Assembly: GCA_951406725.2 (NCBI GenBank)
Contig: OX597823.1
Location: forward strand, 26,350,001 to 26,414,000
From: Octopus vulgaris
Lineage: Eukaryota
Length of the DNA stretch: 64,000 nucleotides
Reading direction: 5' to 3'
Part shown: positions 24,061 to 36,776 of the stretch, one piece after another
Position numbering within the stretch: position 1 is the stretch's first letter
Layout of the letters: every line of letters begins with the position of its first letter
The notes under the pieces: model-generated
Seen by the model: the letters and a program-made list of their open reading frames with translations, nothing else
Databases searched by the model: none
Told to the model about the DNA's origin: nothing
Position numbers and translations under genes: made by a program

Positions 24061-26050
24061 TGTGGGCCTCAAGCTATGGAGAGACAAGGCTGGTGCGTTG
24101 GTGTCCTGTGATGTACACTGTGTGTTTGGGGGTTTTACCCAAACTTCTTCTCCGACCTGCATGAAGGCATGCTCTTCCTCTGCACCAGGTCGCATTGATG
24201 CAGTACACAGATGCCTCCACTCGTACCTGAATATTGCCCTGTGTGGCACCGACTCCTCAGCCTGTCCTGACCTGGGCGACACATTGTACCAAAATACGGC
24301 CTCGATTGGTGAAATGTGGCCCCTCTCTGCCATGGTCTTGATGGTACGATGATGCCTTTCCACCACCCCATTTCCACTTAGCCGGTATACTGTCCTGAAG
24401 AAGCGGTTGACCTGCCACCCATCAAGCATTTCTTTCAGCACCTCTGAGTGAAATGCAGTGCCATTATCCAGAAGCAGTTCATCTACGGAGCCTCGTTCCA
24501 GGAATATCTCATTTAATACTTTCATGATTTCCTCTGCAGTCCCCGTCTTCATCTCCCTCCATATGGCCAACCGCCCTGGTCCACAGTCAACCATTGAGAG
24601 ATATGTCCCCCTGCCAGTAGTGTGTTATGTCCACCGCCAGTCGTTTCCAGTCATGGTCCACTGGAATACTTCTTGCCTCATGTACGTCTGGAGCAGGGTC
24701 GATGAACTGGCACCTGTCACAGCTGCTAACCACTCTCTGCCTGATCCGTCTTGTTACATCGAAGTCAACTTTCCTGGCTAGGAACAAGGTCCTGTCCACC
24801 CTCATGTGATGCATGGTATGCAATCTCCTCAACTTCAGGTCACTCAGATGGCATACTGCAGTCACAGCTTGCTCCGCATCCTTTGGCACCTGCAACTAGG
24901 CTCACTTTACCCTGCTCAGGACGTCTGCCCTGTACTTCTTAGAAGGCACAAAGATCACGCTTAGCTTCAGATTGAACTCATTGGTTAGTTCACACAGTAT
25001 CCCCAATCGACGCTTTACCAGCATCTCTGTGGCCCCTTTGGTTCACACCCTCCGCTCATTGGTGATGACTGCCGTCACCCAACCAAGTACAGTGGCTGAA
25101 TCAGTCCTTATTTCTATGGTGTGCAGCCCCCACTTCAAGGCTAGGTTCACTCTCTTCAACACGGCATCCAACTCCACCACATTGATATGATTGCAGTCAT
25201 CTGTCTTCCTGAGCCAGGCTGCATCTTCCACCATGACACCTCCCACTTCCAAGACAACCCCTATTGCGATGCTACTGGCGTCACACCATACAATCCCACT
25301 CTTTGATTTGGGAACACACCAACTGCCCCTCACTGGATCCTCTGCTCTCACTCTGACCAAGACTTCCTGTATCATGTCGGTCGTCTTCTCCCCCACTCTA
25401 TCGTTCCACTTCACTCCTTTGGCTCGTCTCCTGATGAAGCTACATGCTGTCCAGAGCCATCCTACAATCGGGTAGTATCCCACCAGCTTCCCACACACTG
25501 AGAACAGTTCCCGTCTACTCATGCTGGCGTCCAGTTCGGGGATCTCGTACCCTTGCCGGAACACCAACATGCTGGCCTTGTCTCTCCATAGCCTGAGGCC
25601 CAGTGCAGCACCTCCTTCCATTGCCTCTGGTGGCTTGGCGATCAGTCCCAAACTCTTCAGGTGGCCTATGACCTCCGTTGCTGGCATTACGGTTTCATCC
25701 ACCAGAATGTTATCAATGTACGAATTGGTGGCCTTTTTTACTCTGTCTACCTTTCCCAGGATGGCCTTGAGAATTGTTGCCATAATCTTTGGCGCTGAAT
25801 TCAGCCTGAACCCCAACATGGTCAGACAGTATATCCGGCCCTTATACCTGACAAGCTTATACTTCTACAGTTTCTCAGCCACATGATCTTGCAGGTATGC
25901 TGACTTCAAATCGACGATCATGGAGGCTCCTGTCATCTGTCTCCACTCTCGCAAGGTGTCTCCGCAGACATCTGTGGCCTCACCGCCTGTATGACATGAT
26001 ACGTGGTCGTTCATCTCTCGGAAGTCAAGCACTGGCCTGACCTTATGCTT

Positions 26051-26610
26051 TGTAAAGGGAACTGGTTGCTTCTTTACACTTTTGGGGTGCAACTTGGGTG
26101 CAACACAATTTCCTTTCTTTTTGTTTCTAGAAACTACCAGTCGGTAACAAAACGCAACTTTAAAAATATATACGATTCTTTATTCTCTTATTCACAAATG
26201 AAGCACGATGGTATACTGGTATCCACCTAGTTCAACACAGCAAGGCTGAATTTTAACGTTTGTAAGATTCTTACAACAAATTCAGCAGCAACAGAGCAGG
26301 TCAAATCCTTAGCGTCTGGGACAGGAGAATAGGCTGATCACACGTTTAAAAATACGTCCTTTCGCTTCTATCGCCATGTCTCAAGTCAACGACGCTATTA
26401 AGGAAGGCGATAGAATTTCTTCCCCAGTGTCTAGCACATGTGCATGAGGGAACTTCCTTATGCCTTTCCAGAAGGTTCCAGAAGGTTCCAACCCCGCACA
26501 CGCACACCGAAGAAAGACGTTCCGCACACGCACACTGAAGAATACGTACCGCACACGCACACTGAAGAATGACGTTGCGTGTGCGCGCACTGGAATATGA
26601 CGTCAATACA
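26051..26610 (-). repeat. 3' LTR of the inner Gypsy (560 bp)
   Basis: Direct repeat of 31326-31845. Adjacent polypurine tract gagggggagcctt on the minus strand at 26611-26623. Confidence 0.95.
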
Positions 26611-29600
26611 AAGGCTCCCCCTCGAGTGCGGAAGCACGAAACAAAATTCCTTGTAGTGGCTTCAGAATATAAGGTGGATACCAAATCACCAAAATGGCAC
26701 ACAATATGACAAATTAAAACAAAAATTTATAATATAGATAAGAATGCAGTAAAAAGAAAAGAAAAAATAATACTCAAATGAACAAAGTTCAATTAGTATC
26801 GTAACTGTCACTGGGAAGTCAATTAAGAATGTCAATATAAATCGTCTTTGAAAGTTTCTTCGGCCAGTGAACAGTTCTGCCTGACCTTGTAACATAAGGT
26901 CTGTTCGAGGCGGGCTGCGACGACGAAGGTGGTGTTGCCGATGTTGGTGTTGATAAAGGTGCATGTATAAATGGTGGTGTTGTCAAAGGTGCATGTGTAA
27001 ATGGTGGTGTTGTCAAAGGTGCATGTGAAGGTTCAACGATGGTTGTGGCAGTGGGGTCATCAAAAGATGTGGACACCACAAAATATGCCCTTTTAAGACG
27101 ATCTACGGAGACGGTCTCCGAACGACCATTAATGTCAAGTTTGAATACTTTCTCCTTATAAAGGTCCTTTATAAGGAGAAACAAGAGGTCCTTTGACAGA
27201 ATCATCACGAACAAAAACATGCATCCAAGAATCAAGATCTGATGGTACATTAGAAGGAGGATTTTGGTGTCGAGGGCCCATAGGAGGAAGGGCAGAAAAA
27301 TATCTGCGTAGTCGAGCAACATAAGACTCTAAATGAAGAGACTGTGACTTGTCTGGCACCAACATCGTGCCAGGCAATGCCAGTGTGGTACCATACAAGA
27401 GCTCGGCAGAAGAAAAACCAAGGTCTGCTTTAATCGCAGTCCGACATCCAAGCAGGACGATAGGAAGAAATTCAGTCCACGACTGTGGATTCGGCGAGGC
27501 ACGCAACGCGGCCTTAAGTTGCCTGTGGAAACGCTCCACCATCCCATTAGAAGCGGGATGGTAACTAGTGGTGCGTATATGATGCATCCCCAGGATTCGT
27601 GATAACTCACGAAATAAAACCGCTTCGAATTGTCGACCACGATCTGTGGTTAAACTGGACGGTACACCATACCCAGAAATCCAATTAGACACGAAAGCTT
27701 TCGCAACAGTTTCAGCAGAAATGTCTGCCATAGGAATAGCTTCCGGCCAACGTGAGAAACGATCGATACAAGTTAAAATATATGAGAAGCCGCGACTCAT
27801 AGGCCATGGTCCAACCAAATCAAGGTGGACATGGCGAAAACGGGCCTCAGGAGAAGAAAACTGTCCAAGTGGAGCACGAACGTGTCTATGGACTTTAGCA
27901 CTCTGGCACTTCAAACAAGAGCGTGCCCAAGAGGTAATCGATCGTCGCAGAAGAACCGAGCAGTAACAAGCTTTAATGTGGCAGAGATACCCGGATGTGA
28001 CAATGAATGAAGAGCATCAAAAACAGAACGTTGATGCTTCTCAGGTACTAACGGTCTAGGAGAACCGGTGGAGACGTCACAAAGAATAGAGCCTTCTGCT
28101 GAAGGGAGCGGTCGGTAGGCAAACTTACAATTGATAAACTTGGGCGAAGTTAAATCCAACTCCGTTAAAGGTGGTTGATCCTGCGAAATAGCAGTTAAGT
28201 CAATTGCTGCAGGAGAGGAAATGGAATTGACAGGGAGTCTAGAGAGAGCATCAGCTGGGACGTTCTCCTTCCCTGGCACATGTCGAATGTCACTTGTAAA
28301 CTGAGAAATATAGTCCAGGTGACGGAAAGCACGAGGGGAGAGTTTATCCATTTTAGAATATAGTGCAAAAGTAAGGGGCTCGTGATCAGTATAAATCACA
28401 AACTCTCGTCCCTCGAGCTGGTGCTGAAAATGCCGAACTGACAGATAGATCGCTAGTAACTCTCGATCAAAAGTACTATATCTGCGTTCAGTAGGCTTCA
28501 GCTGGCAAGAAAAGAAAGCCAAAGGTTTAGTTTCACCATCTACGGTGTGCTGCAAGACAGCGCCAACTGCAGAATCTGATACGTCCACAGATAAAGTAAG
28601 TGGAGCATCAGGAGCCGGATGTGCTAGAACAGGAACTGAAGCTAGTTCCTTTTTAACTAACTCAAAGGCAGACAGTGTTTCAGCTGAAAGAGTAAGACGG
28701 GCGTCCTTTTAGAATTGCCCTTTAGCATCTGCGTTAAAGGAAACAACTTGTCCGCACACCGGTTTATGAAGCGTCGATAGAAATTAACTATACCCAAAAA
28801 ATGGCGAAGTTGACGCAAAGAAGAAGGTGGTGCGATGCGCTGAATTGCATCGACTTTAGACGAGAGTGGTTTGATTCCACTCGAATCAATATAATGACCG
28901 AGAAAATCAAGAGATGATTGCCCAAAAAACACACTTGTCTGGATTAATGCAAACACCATAGTCGCGAAGACGCTGAAAAAGCTGAGACAAGTGCTGGAGA
29001 TGATTTTCATGCGTATCACTTCTGATGAGAATATCATCGACATACGCGAAAACGAAGTCCACGAACAACTTCATCTATAAAACGTTGGAACGTACTAGTG
29101 GCGTTCCGCAAACCAAAACTCATGTATAGAAATTCGAAACAACCAAAAGGAGTGGTAATTGCCGTTTTAGGAACATCGTCTGGGTTGACCGGTATTTGAT
29201 GATAAGCACGTATGAGGTCAACCTTAGAAAAAATGGTACAGCCATGAAGATTCGCTGAAAAGTCATTGAGATTCCTAATTGGATATCTGTCCGGAATCGT
29301 CACAGAATTTAGACGCCGATAATCTCCCACCGGGCGAAAATCTGTATCCCCTTTTCGAACTAAATGAAGGGGTGATGCCCATGGACTGGTGGATGGGCGT
29401 ATCAGACCAAGCTGGAGCATATGCTCAAACTCAGCCCTAGCCGTTTTAAGACGGTCAGGTGCAAGACGCCGTGGGCGCGAAAAAACAGGCGGCCCAGTAG
29501 TTATAATAAAATGGAGTGTCGAGTGTACGGGTTTTACCATTTTAAAGGTAATATCAAGTAGCTCTGGAAAAGAAGCCAAAAGAGAATGAAAAACATCTCC

Positions 29601-31312
29601 AGATGTAGAAACAAAAAATGTCGGGCTAAGAGCTGAATCGGTAGATTCTCTGGTCGGCGTGGAGAGTGTAGTTGAACTGTCGACTAGCCTCCGACGTCTG
29701 ACATCTACCAATAGATCAAAGTTATTTAGAAAATCCGCACCTAAAATAGGATGCGGAATGTCAGCAATGACAAAAACCCACTGAAAATCTCGACGAAGAT
29801 TTATGTCAAGGCGTAAAGAGATCTGACCGAATGTGGCTATTGGTGACGAGCCAATAGCGTGCAAAATAACATTAGATCGTTTTGGCCTGTCGGTTGTGAG
29901 ACGCAGAGGCCAAATGCTGCAACAAGAACCAGTGTCCACCATGAAGTATTTCTTCGACACTAGATCCTTAACGAAAAATGCACGATAACTAGAAAACGAC
30001 GTGGAGGAAGTTGACGTGCTCAACTCCTCCAAAGCTTTAAATCTTTTATAGGTGCATGGCTGTATGCACTTATGTGCTTTCTCTCCAAATTTGGAGTGAT
30101 ACCAACATAGTCCGGACTTTGACTGTGTGGAACGTGATGATGAACGGCTGCGACTCCGCGATCTTGAAAATCGTTTGCCATCGCGACACATCGCGTCCAT
30201 CCTTTTGGTGAGACTTTCTATTTGTTTAGAAAGTCCCTCAATTGAGGCTGAAGAAGTTTGTGAGCAGACACAAGCAGACCGTGACGATGGTTGCACGGCA
30301 AATTCAACCATTTTATCTGCCATAGTTGCTATCTGGACCACGGTATTGGACTCTAAAGCGGTTGCCAAAATAGTTTGTATATAGGCGGGCAACATTGAAA
30401 AAAAATTTTCCGAAGGAGAGGAGCGTCTGCAGCTTTACCGCTCAACTCTCTTAGGTGTCTCAAAAATTCAGACGGAGTCCTATCTCCCAACTCCTCATCC
30501 GCCATCAATTCATTGAAGCGACTTTCCTCGCTTCTAGTATTTCTTTTCTCCACTTCTAATTTAACAGACGCATAAGTGGCATCTGGAGAAGGATCCGTAA
30601 TAAGATATCTGGCAGTAGTTGCAAGTTGAGGAGGCATACAACTACAAAGAATTTGCAACTGCTGCTCAGAAGAAACACTATGTGCACAAAAATATGCCTC
30701 TAGTTGTGCAAACCAAAGTGTGGCATCACCTGTGAAAATAGGTAATGATGCCAAAGACATGTTGTTCTTTTTTAAAAAATTTAACTAGATGACTCTGTCA
30801 AAGGAAAGGTAAATGACAACGAATCAAAGTTGAACAGACACAACAAGGAAAAAAGGAAAAAACAAGACCAGCAATTGAACCAATAGATTTTCTACATGTA
30901 CAATTTACCAAAAAAAATTTTTTTTTTCTTTTTTGTACTGTATGCACAGAGAATAAAAAATTCTTTTTTTTTATTTTACCAACATTCATCGCGTCTAAAA
31001 CAAATTTTTTTTTATTTTTCCGTGCGTGTGTGCTAACATGAAAATTTTTTTTTTTTTTTTATGTTATGTATTTTAAACTGTCTCTTCTTAAGTTTGACTG
31101 CCTGTTATGCTTGGTGCACAGATCGCACTAACAGCTTAAGTCAAATTTTTTTTCGTCGACGATGAAATGGCTGACAAATTGTTGAAAGATGATGACTGCG
31201 GCGGGTTGATTGGTTCAGACTAGGTAGATTCTAGATTTCAGTTAAGTGTTCTATGGTCTATGACCAGAACTCGGGAAACTTGGTTGAGTGTTCTATGGTC
31301 TATGACCAGAAC

Positions 31313-31324
31313 TCGGGGTCACCA
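31313..31324 (-). promoter_or_regulatory. Primer-binding site, tRNA-Trp type
   Basis: TGGTGACCCCGA lies 1 nt inside the 5' LTR and matches the start of the canonical tRNA-Trp PBS (TGGTGACCCCGACGTGAT). Confidence 0.8.
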
Positions 31325-31325
31325 C

Positions 31326-31845
31326 TGTAAAGGGAACTGGTTGCTTCTTTACACTTTTGGGGTGCAACTTGGGTGCAACACAATTTCCTTTCTTTTTGTT
31401 TCTAGAAACTACCAGTCGGTAACAAAACGCAACTTTAAAAATATATACGATTCTTTATTCTCTTATTCACAAATGAAGCACGATGGTATACTGGTATATA
31501 CTTAGTTCAACACAGCAAGGCTGAATTTTAACGTTTGTAAGATTCTTACAACAAATTCAGCAGCAACAGAGCAGGTCAAATCCTTAGCGTCTGGGACAGG
31601 AGAATAGGCTGATCACACGTTTAAAAATACGTCCTTTCCCTTCTATCGCCATGTCTCAAGTCAACGGCGCTATTAAAGAACGCGATAGAATTTCTTCCCC
31701 AGTCTCTAGCGCATGTGCATGAGGGAACTTCCTTATGCCTTTCCAGAAGGTTTCAACCCCGCACACGCACACTGAAGGACGTCCCACACACGCACACTGA
31801 AGAATGACGTTGCGTGTGCGCACACTGGAATATGACGTCACTACA
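31326..31845 (-). repeat. 5' LTR of the inner Gypsy (520 bp)
   Basis: Direct repeat of 26051-26610, with fewer copies of the internal cgcacacgcacactgaag repeat. Confidence 0.95.
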
Positions 31846-32932
31846 GCTTTGTGGGCTGTACCACCGCCATCAGTGGCAAGACTCCGCTCTCTTCTTCTTC
31901 TTCCCAAGGGATCAATATGCCCTTTTTAATCAACCGCTCCACCTCCCCCTCGAACTCACTTCTGGCATCTCCTTTTAGAGTATGCTGATAGCAGCCCACT
32001 TTATTTTTTAACGTCGGGGGCTCTCCCTTCCAGTGCCACTCCACTGTCCACCTCTGGCCATCGAAGACAGCCTGAAAGTCCTGGTCTTCGATAGCATGTG
32101 CAACATACTTTTCCTCACGGCTCTCACCAGTGCATGGTCTCACCATACACGGTTTCCCAGCAAACCCGAACGTTACACCGGCCTCGTTAACGGTGACACC
32201 TCCTAAACGGGTGATTGCATCCATCACCATCACCACGTCAATCTCGTCCACCAAGTGGCCAACTACAATTGCTCGCAGCGTCAGCCTTATTCCCCGCACC
32301 ACAATCTGCGCATCTGTTATGCCTTCACAGTGTACTTCTCTTCTGTCGACTGGTCTTATACTGCTTTCTCCACTCCACGTGTCTACCACTTCTGGAGTCA
32401 TCAGGGTTGTCGTACAGCCCGTGTCCACAAGGGCTCGCGACATCTTCCCCTCCACCCGAATGTTGACTACAGGTAATGATGATAAACGCACCTCTATTGA
32501 TCCAAAGGGACAACCACTGGCGCAGTAGTCTACCTCAGACCGTTTCCCCGCAGACATTCGCTGGCTATATGTCCCATTTCTCAACACCGGTAGCAAATGA
32601 CCTCAGGCTTGGGTGACTTGCAGTCTTGTACCATGTGCGGGCCCTGACACCGGAAACGCTGTCCTTTGAATGGTCGCACACGTTCTTTCTTTGACCCCTC
32701 TCCGCTGCTCCTTGCTCGGCCACTTTTCGTTGTTGCAGTCGCTGCTACCGACATCGTTCTGCAGCACGAAACTAGCATGCGAGCCCGAGATACAATGTCT
32801 GCCATCGCCATCGAGTGAATATTCGGCAGCTTCTGCAACTCGACCGACATGTGGTCCAGCGATTCTCCCTCAAATCCCGCCAGTTTAGCCAATCTTCTAA
32901 GTTCGTTCGCAAATACGTTAACCTGTTTCCCA

Positions 32933-33045
32933 GTACGTACATACATACATACATACATACGTACGTACGTACGTATGTATGTATGTATGTACGTATGTAC
33001 GTAGGTGCGTACGTATGTACGTAGGTACGTACGTACGTATGTACG
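32933..33045. repeat. (TACA/TACG)n microsatellite
   Basis: Seen directly. Marks the 5' truncation point of the outer retroelement. Confidence 0.9.
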
Positions 33046-33321
33046 AGCAGATGGAGATAGGCACTGGAAAGAAAAAGAAAAAAAGAAAAAAAGACAGAAC
33101 TGTAATTTTAACCGAGGAATCCCAAAAGACTTTTCGAAAAATGTTAAAAGCAGTAAATTAACCGAGTGTGGATTTGAACATTTTGTAAAGACAGTACGGC
33201 ACCCTACCCACCCTAAAAAAAGAAAGAAGCAATGGGCTGGGTGGTTCTTTGACATGTTCGCTTGGCAGTTGAGATATTCCCATTTACAAGGGCGAAATAA
33301 CTTATATAAAGACACACACTC

Positions 33322-33380
<59 letters not shown>

Positions 33381-33744
33381 GGGAGATAGATAGATGGATA
33401 GAGAAAGAGAGACAGAGAGAAAGAGAGAAGGAGAGCTTCCAGCTCATTAATATACCCTGATAGGCATAGTTAATAATTGGAACATAGGAATAAGGAAAAC
33501 AAGCTTACTGACCGAGGAGAGGAAAAATTCTTCATTTTTTCTCGTTCGACGTTAATATCTGTATGCGGATCTTTTCAATGTCAGTCGGAAAAGATCCTTT
33601 TTTTGCTCTGTTCTGCTCTGCAAGACAGACTAGGAAATCTAAAATGGAGTTCTCAACTCCTGCAATCAAACTTGTTTTGTTGACATTTGGCTTCTATGGC
33701 AACTGTTGTTAACGAGAGAGTGTGTCAAAGCGAGATAGATAGAT

Positions 33745-33810
<66 letters not shown>

Positions 33811-34444
33811 TTCTTCCCCTTCTCGTTGACTAGCCGAAAGAGAAACAACTAAATTTGTTGAAACGTTAGCCACCCAAGACACGCATCGAAATTAATATCA
33901 AACTACTTATATACGGAGCGTGTTTGATTAACGAATGGTGAAAGTAATTCAGAAAATATTATAGAGCTGTGCGGTTAACAAGTTCGTTATCGCAAGCATG
34001 TGAATCCGTATTCGATTTCACTGGACGGCAATGAATACAATTTGGTCGACAGAAAATACGCAGAAGCCCATTACACACACACACACACAACATACATCTT
34101 TTTCTCTCTCTCAGTGATATGTATGTTTGAGCAAAACTTCCGCCCGTCCCCCACCCAAACCACCCGTCTTTTGAAATTTTTTTTCGACACAACCCTACGG
34201 GGAATACGAATCTGCAGAAAAATTGGCAAAAATGGACATTTCTAAATTACCACCCCCATCCCCATTTCTTTCATTTTAAACCTTTTTCAGAATTTTTTTT
34301 GCAAAATATGCAGAAAAATACGGAGATTATGATTCTTAAAAAAATTTCCAATAATTTTTGTAAAATTTTTTTTTTAAGAATTTTTTTTTTGTAAATATGC
34401 GGGAAAATATGGACAAAAAATTCAAAACATTTCTGTACTTACGG

Positions 34445-34496
34445 TTTGGGTTTTAGGGTTTGGGTTAGGGTTAGGGTTTTAGGGTTAGGTTTAGGG
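34445..34496 (+). repeat. Interstitial telomere-like (TTAGGG)n tract inside an imperfect inverted-repeat element (about 34120-34700)
   Basis: ttagggtttgggttagggttagggttttagggttaggtttaggg, flanked at a distance by loosely inverted acttccgcccgtccccc / ggggaggacgagcagaagt. Confidence 0.7.
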
Positions 34497-34705
34497 AAAA
34501 AGTTAAAATTGAAGAAGTTGGAAGGGTGGGGTGGAAAATTTCACAATGCCAATCTTTGGCAATTTTCTGGAACCTCCGTATCCGAAAACGAGGATTTTGG
34601 GGCAAAAAATTTTTTTAAATAAACAAATTTGGGAGAAAATGGAGGGGGTGGGGGGTGGGGAGGACGAGCAGAAGTCTTTCCTATGTTTGTTGTATAGCAT
34701 ATTGT

Positions 34706-35030
34706 CAGCATGGCTCAATGGTTAGAGCATCGGATTTACAATCATGACGTAGTGAGTTCGATTCCCAGACCACACTGTGTGTTGTGTTCTTGAGCAAGAC
34801 ACTTAATTTTACATTGCTCCAGTTCACTCAGTTGTAGAAATGAGTTGTAACGTCACTGGTGCCAAGCTGTATCGTCCCCTTTGCCTTTCCCTTGGATAAC
34901 ATCAGTGACGTTGAGAGGGGAGGATGATATGCATGGGCGACTGCTGGGACTTGTGCTTCGGGGGATAACTTTTTAGGTGCAATCCCATGGTCATTTATGA
35001 CCGAAGAGGTCTTAACCCACTACCCTAATT
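34706..35030 (+). mobile_element. tRNA-derived SINE with Deu/Nin-like domain
   Basis: tggctcaatggttagagc...gagttcgattcc head, then gtgttcttgagcaagacact...gctccagttcactcag. Confidence 0.65.
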
Positions 35031-35850
35031 TAACTGACAAACGCAGATCATCTACAAAATAAATGCCAGATCGAAAATTTGTGTGATCGATACGAACAGG
35101 CTGTATGGAATCACCCTTATTCTCCTGTGGGAATTAATCAGAAACATTATGCCATTTTGTTAGAATGCAAAAATCACCAATCTGAGACAGAGGACATTTT
35201 CAAAATAGTCTTGAAAAGTCAACCAAAGTTGAAGGTGTCATTTATTTTCAGGGCTCTACTAACCATCATTAAGATCCTTCTATTTATGGAGGCTGCAAAA
35301 ATATATGAGAAACATTTCCCTGTTAGTCATGTTTTCTTTCTCCATTTTTCCTTTTCCTTTCTTATTTTTTTGTGTGCTTTTATTTAGTTCATTGCTTTGT
35401 ATAACTAAATAAATAAAAACCCTTTTTCCTTTTATCCCCAGAGAGAAACATTACATGTTATGGAATTTGAGATTAAAAGATTTCCAGGAGTTTCATAACG
35501 TGAGGGCGGTCCATAGTGTGAAGACAAGTCATGTCATTGTTTACTTTTTAGCAGACGATACGGGGCCGACGTTAAAAACAGAATTCTTGATACAATCGCC
35601 AACCATCAAGAGTAAATGTGCTAATGTAAAAACAAAACAAACGAATATGAAAACAAAAATTTGTGCAAACATACATATACATACCTTCGTGTTTGTTGGT
35701 AATTATTTGAAGGTATAACTTACTCTCTCGAATCATTTGTTTGCATATTTGTTTTGTACATGTTTTTTTTTAACACTGATACCACTCTGAAAAAATAAGC
35801 AATCAGGCATAGGAGTGGCTGTGTGGTAAGAAGCTTGACACCAGTGACGT

Positions 35851-35887
<37 letters not shown>

Positions 35888-36001
35888 CGAATCTTGCATG
35901 CATGAAGTGGATTCGATCCATCACAGCCAAATTTAAACTAACACTGCGACAGAACTTTTTCCACGGTGGAACAATGGTTTTTCTCTGACAGCAGTCTTTA
36001 T

Positions 36002-36776
36002 GGATCTTTTCCTTTTGAACGGCACATGTCAACACAATTTCTAGTTAACTAAACACTTTAAAACTTCGTATACTGGTAGAATGTGTCAAAACAAAACATT
36101 TTTTTCTCTTGGCTTTCTTGAGAAAATTGTAATTTGTTTGTTTAACGTAGTTTAATTTTTCGAATTTTAACCAATTTTAACCTCTAGTGCGCTAAAATCA
36201 TTTGCTGCGTCTAAAACTGAGACAACATCCTGTCACTAACCCTAAACCTCACCCTAACCCTAATTTTTTTCTTAATTGTTACGCTTAAAAAAAAAAACGA
36301 AAACGAAAGCAATGGAAAATAATTTAAACAACTAACAAACAAAATAATTCTATAATTTTATACACACGCTTTCCGTACGTATACGGAAAGCGTGTGAATA
36401 AAATTATAGAATTATTTTGTTTGTTGATTGTTTAAATTATTTTCCATTGCTTTCGTTTTTTTTCTTAATTGTTATCCTTAAATTAATTTAACAATTAAGA
36501 AAAAAAAAAACGAAAGGCAAAAATTTAGGGTTAGGGTGAGGGTGAGGGTGTTGTCTCAGTTTTAGACGCAGCAAATGATTTTAGCTCAATTAGAGGCGAT
36601 TCATTGGTTAAAATTCGAAAAATTAGACTACGTTAAACAAACGAATTACAATTTTCTCAAGAAAGCCAAGATAAAAAAATGTTTTATTTTGACACATTCT
36701 ACCAGTATACGAAGTTTTAAAGTGTTTAGTTAACTAGAAATTGTGTTGACATGTGCCGTTCAAAAGGAAAAGATCA
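36002..36776. mobile_element. Merlin-like fold-back MITE
   Basis: GGATCTTTTCCTTTTGAACGGCA terminus. The whole element is a near-palindrome centred on ttccgtacgtatacggaa (~36380), with CCCTAA motifs in both arms. TSD not recognisable. Confidence 0.85.

Larger units (their letters stand above)
26051..31845 (-). mobile_element. Full-length Gypsy LTR retrotransposon (CsRn1/Kabuki-like), frameshifted
   Basis: TG...CA LTRs at 26051-26610 and 31326-31845, with 4-bp TSD GCTT (26047-26050, 31846-31849). gag LWFAQLEAYF and CWYHSKFG. Protease VDTGS. RT DYRRLN, PDRYP and YVDD. RNase H DVSD and YTDH. Integrase HLDLVGP, TTDRG and [11 protein letters not shown], then a GPY-like module. Confidence 0.97.
24105..32935 (-). 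mobile_element. Outer LTR-type retroelement (gag-PR-RT-RH-IN), degenerate, no LTRs visible, interrupted by the inner Gypsy
   Basis: Zn knuckles (FRCQGPHMVQDC; CYRC..GHIASEC) and protease ALVDTGC. RT motifs VRPVLDFRE, IVDLKSAYLQ and YIDNILV. RNase H motifs WCDASS, HINVVELDA and RTDS. Integrase HH...CxxC, AVDITH, LLDNG and GNGVVERHHRTIK. The frame QPTK|HKVRPVLD is restored once the insert and one GCTT are removed. Confidence 0.9.

Noticed and set aside
33567-33597. Mini hairpin with MITE termini as an independent transposon
   Set aside because: Only 10-bp arms and no 8-bp TSD. Could be chance or a decayed remnant.
34445-34496. TTAGGG tract as a chromosome end or fusion scar
   Set aside because: Short, degenerate, single orientation and embedded in a repeat-like element.
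35079-35387. 102-aa plus-strand ORF as an upstream ZGLP1 exon
   Set aside because: No recognisable homology and no convincing phase-compatible splice sites.
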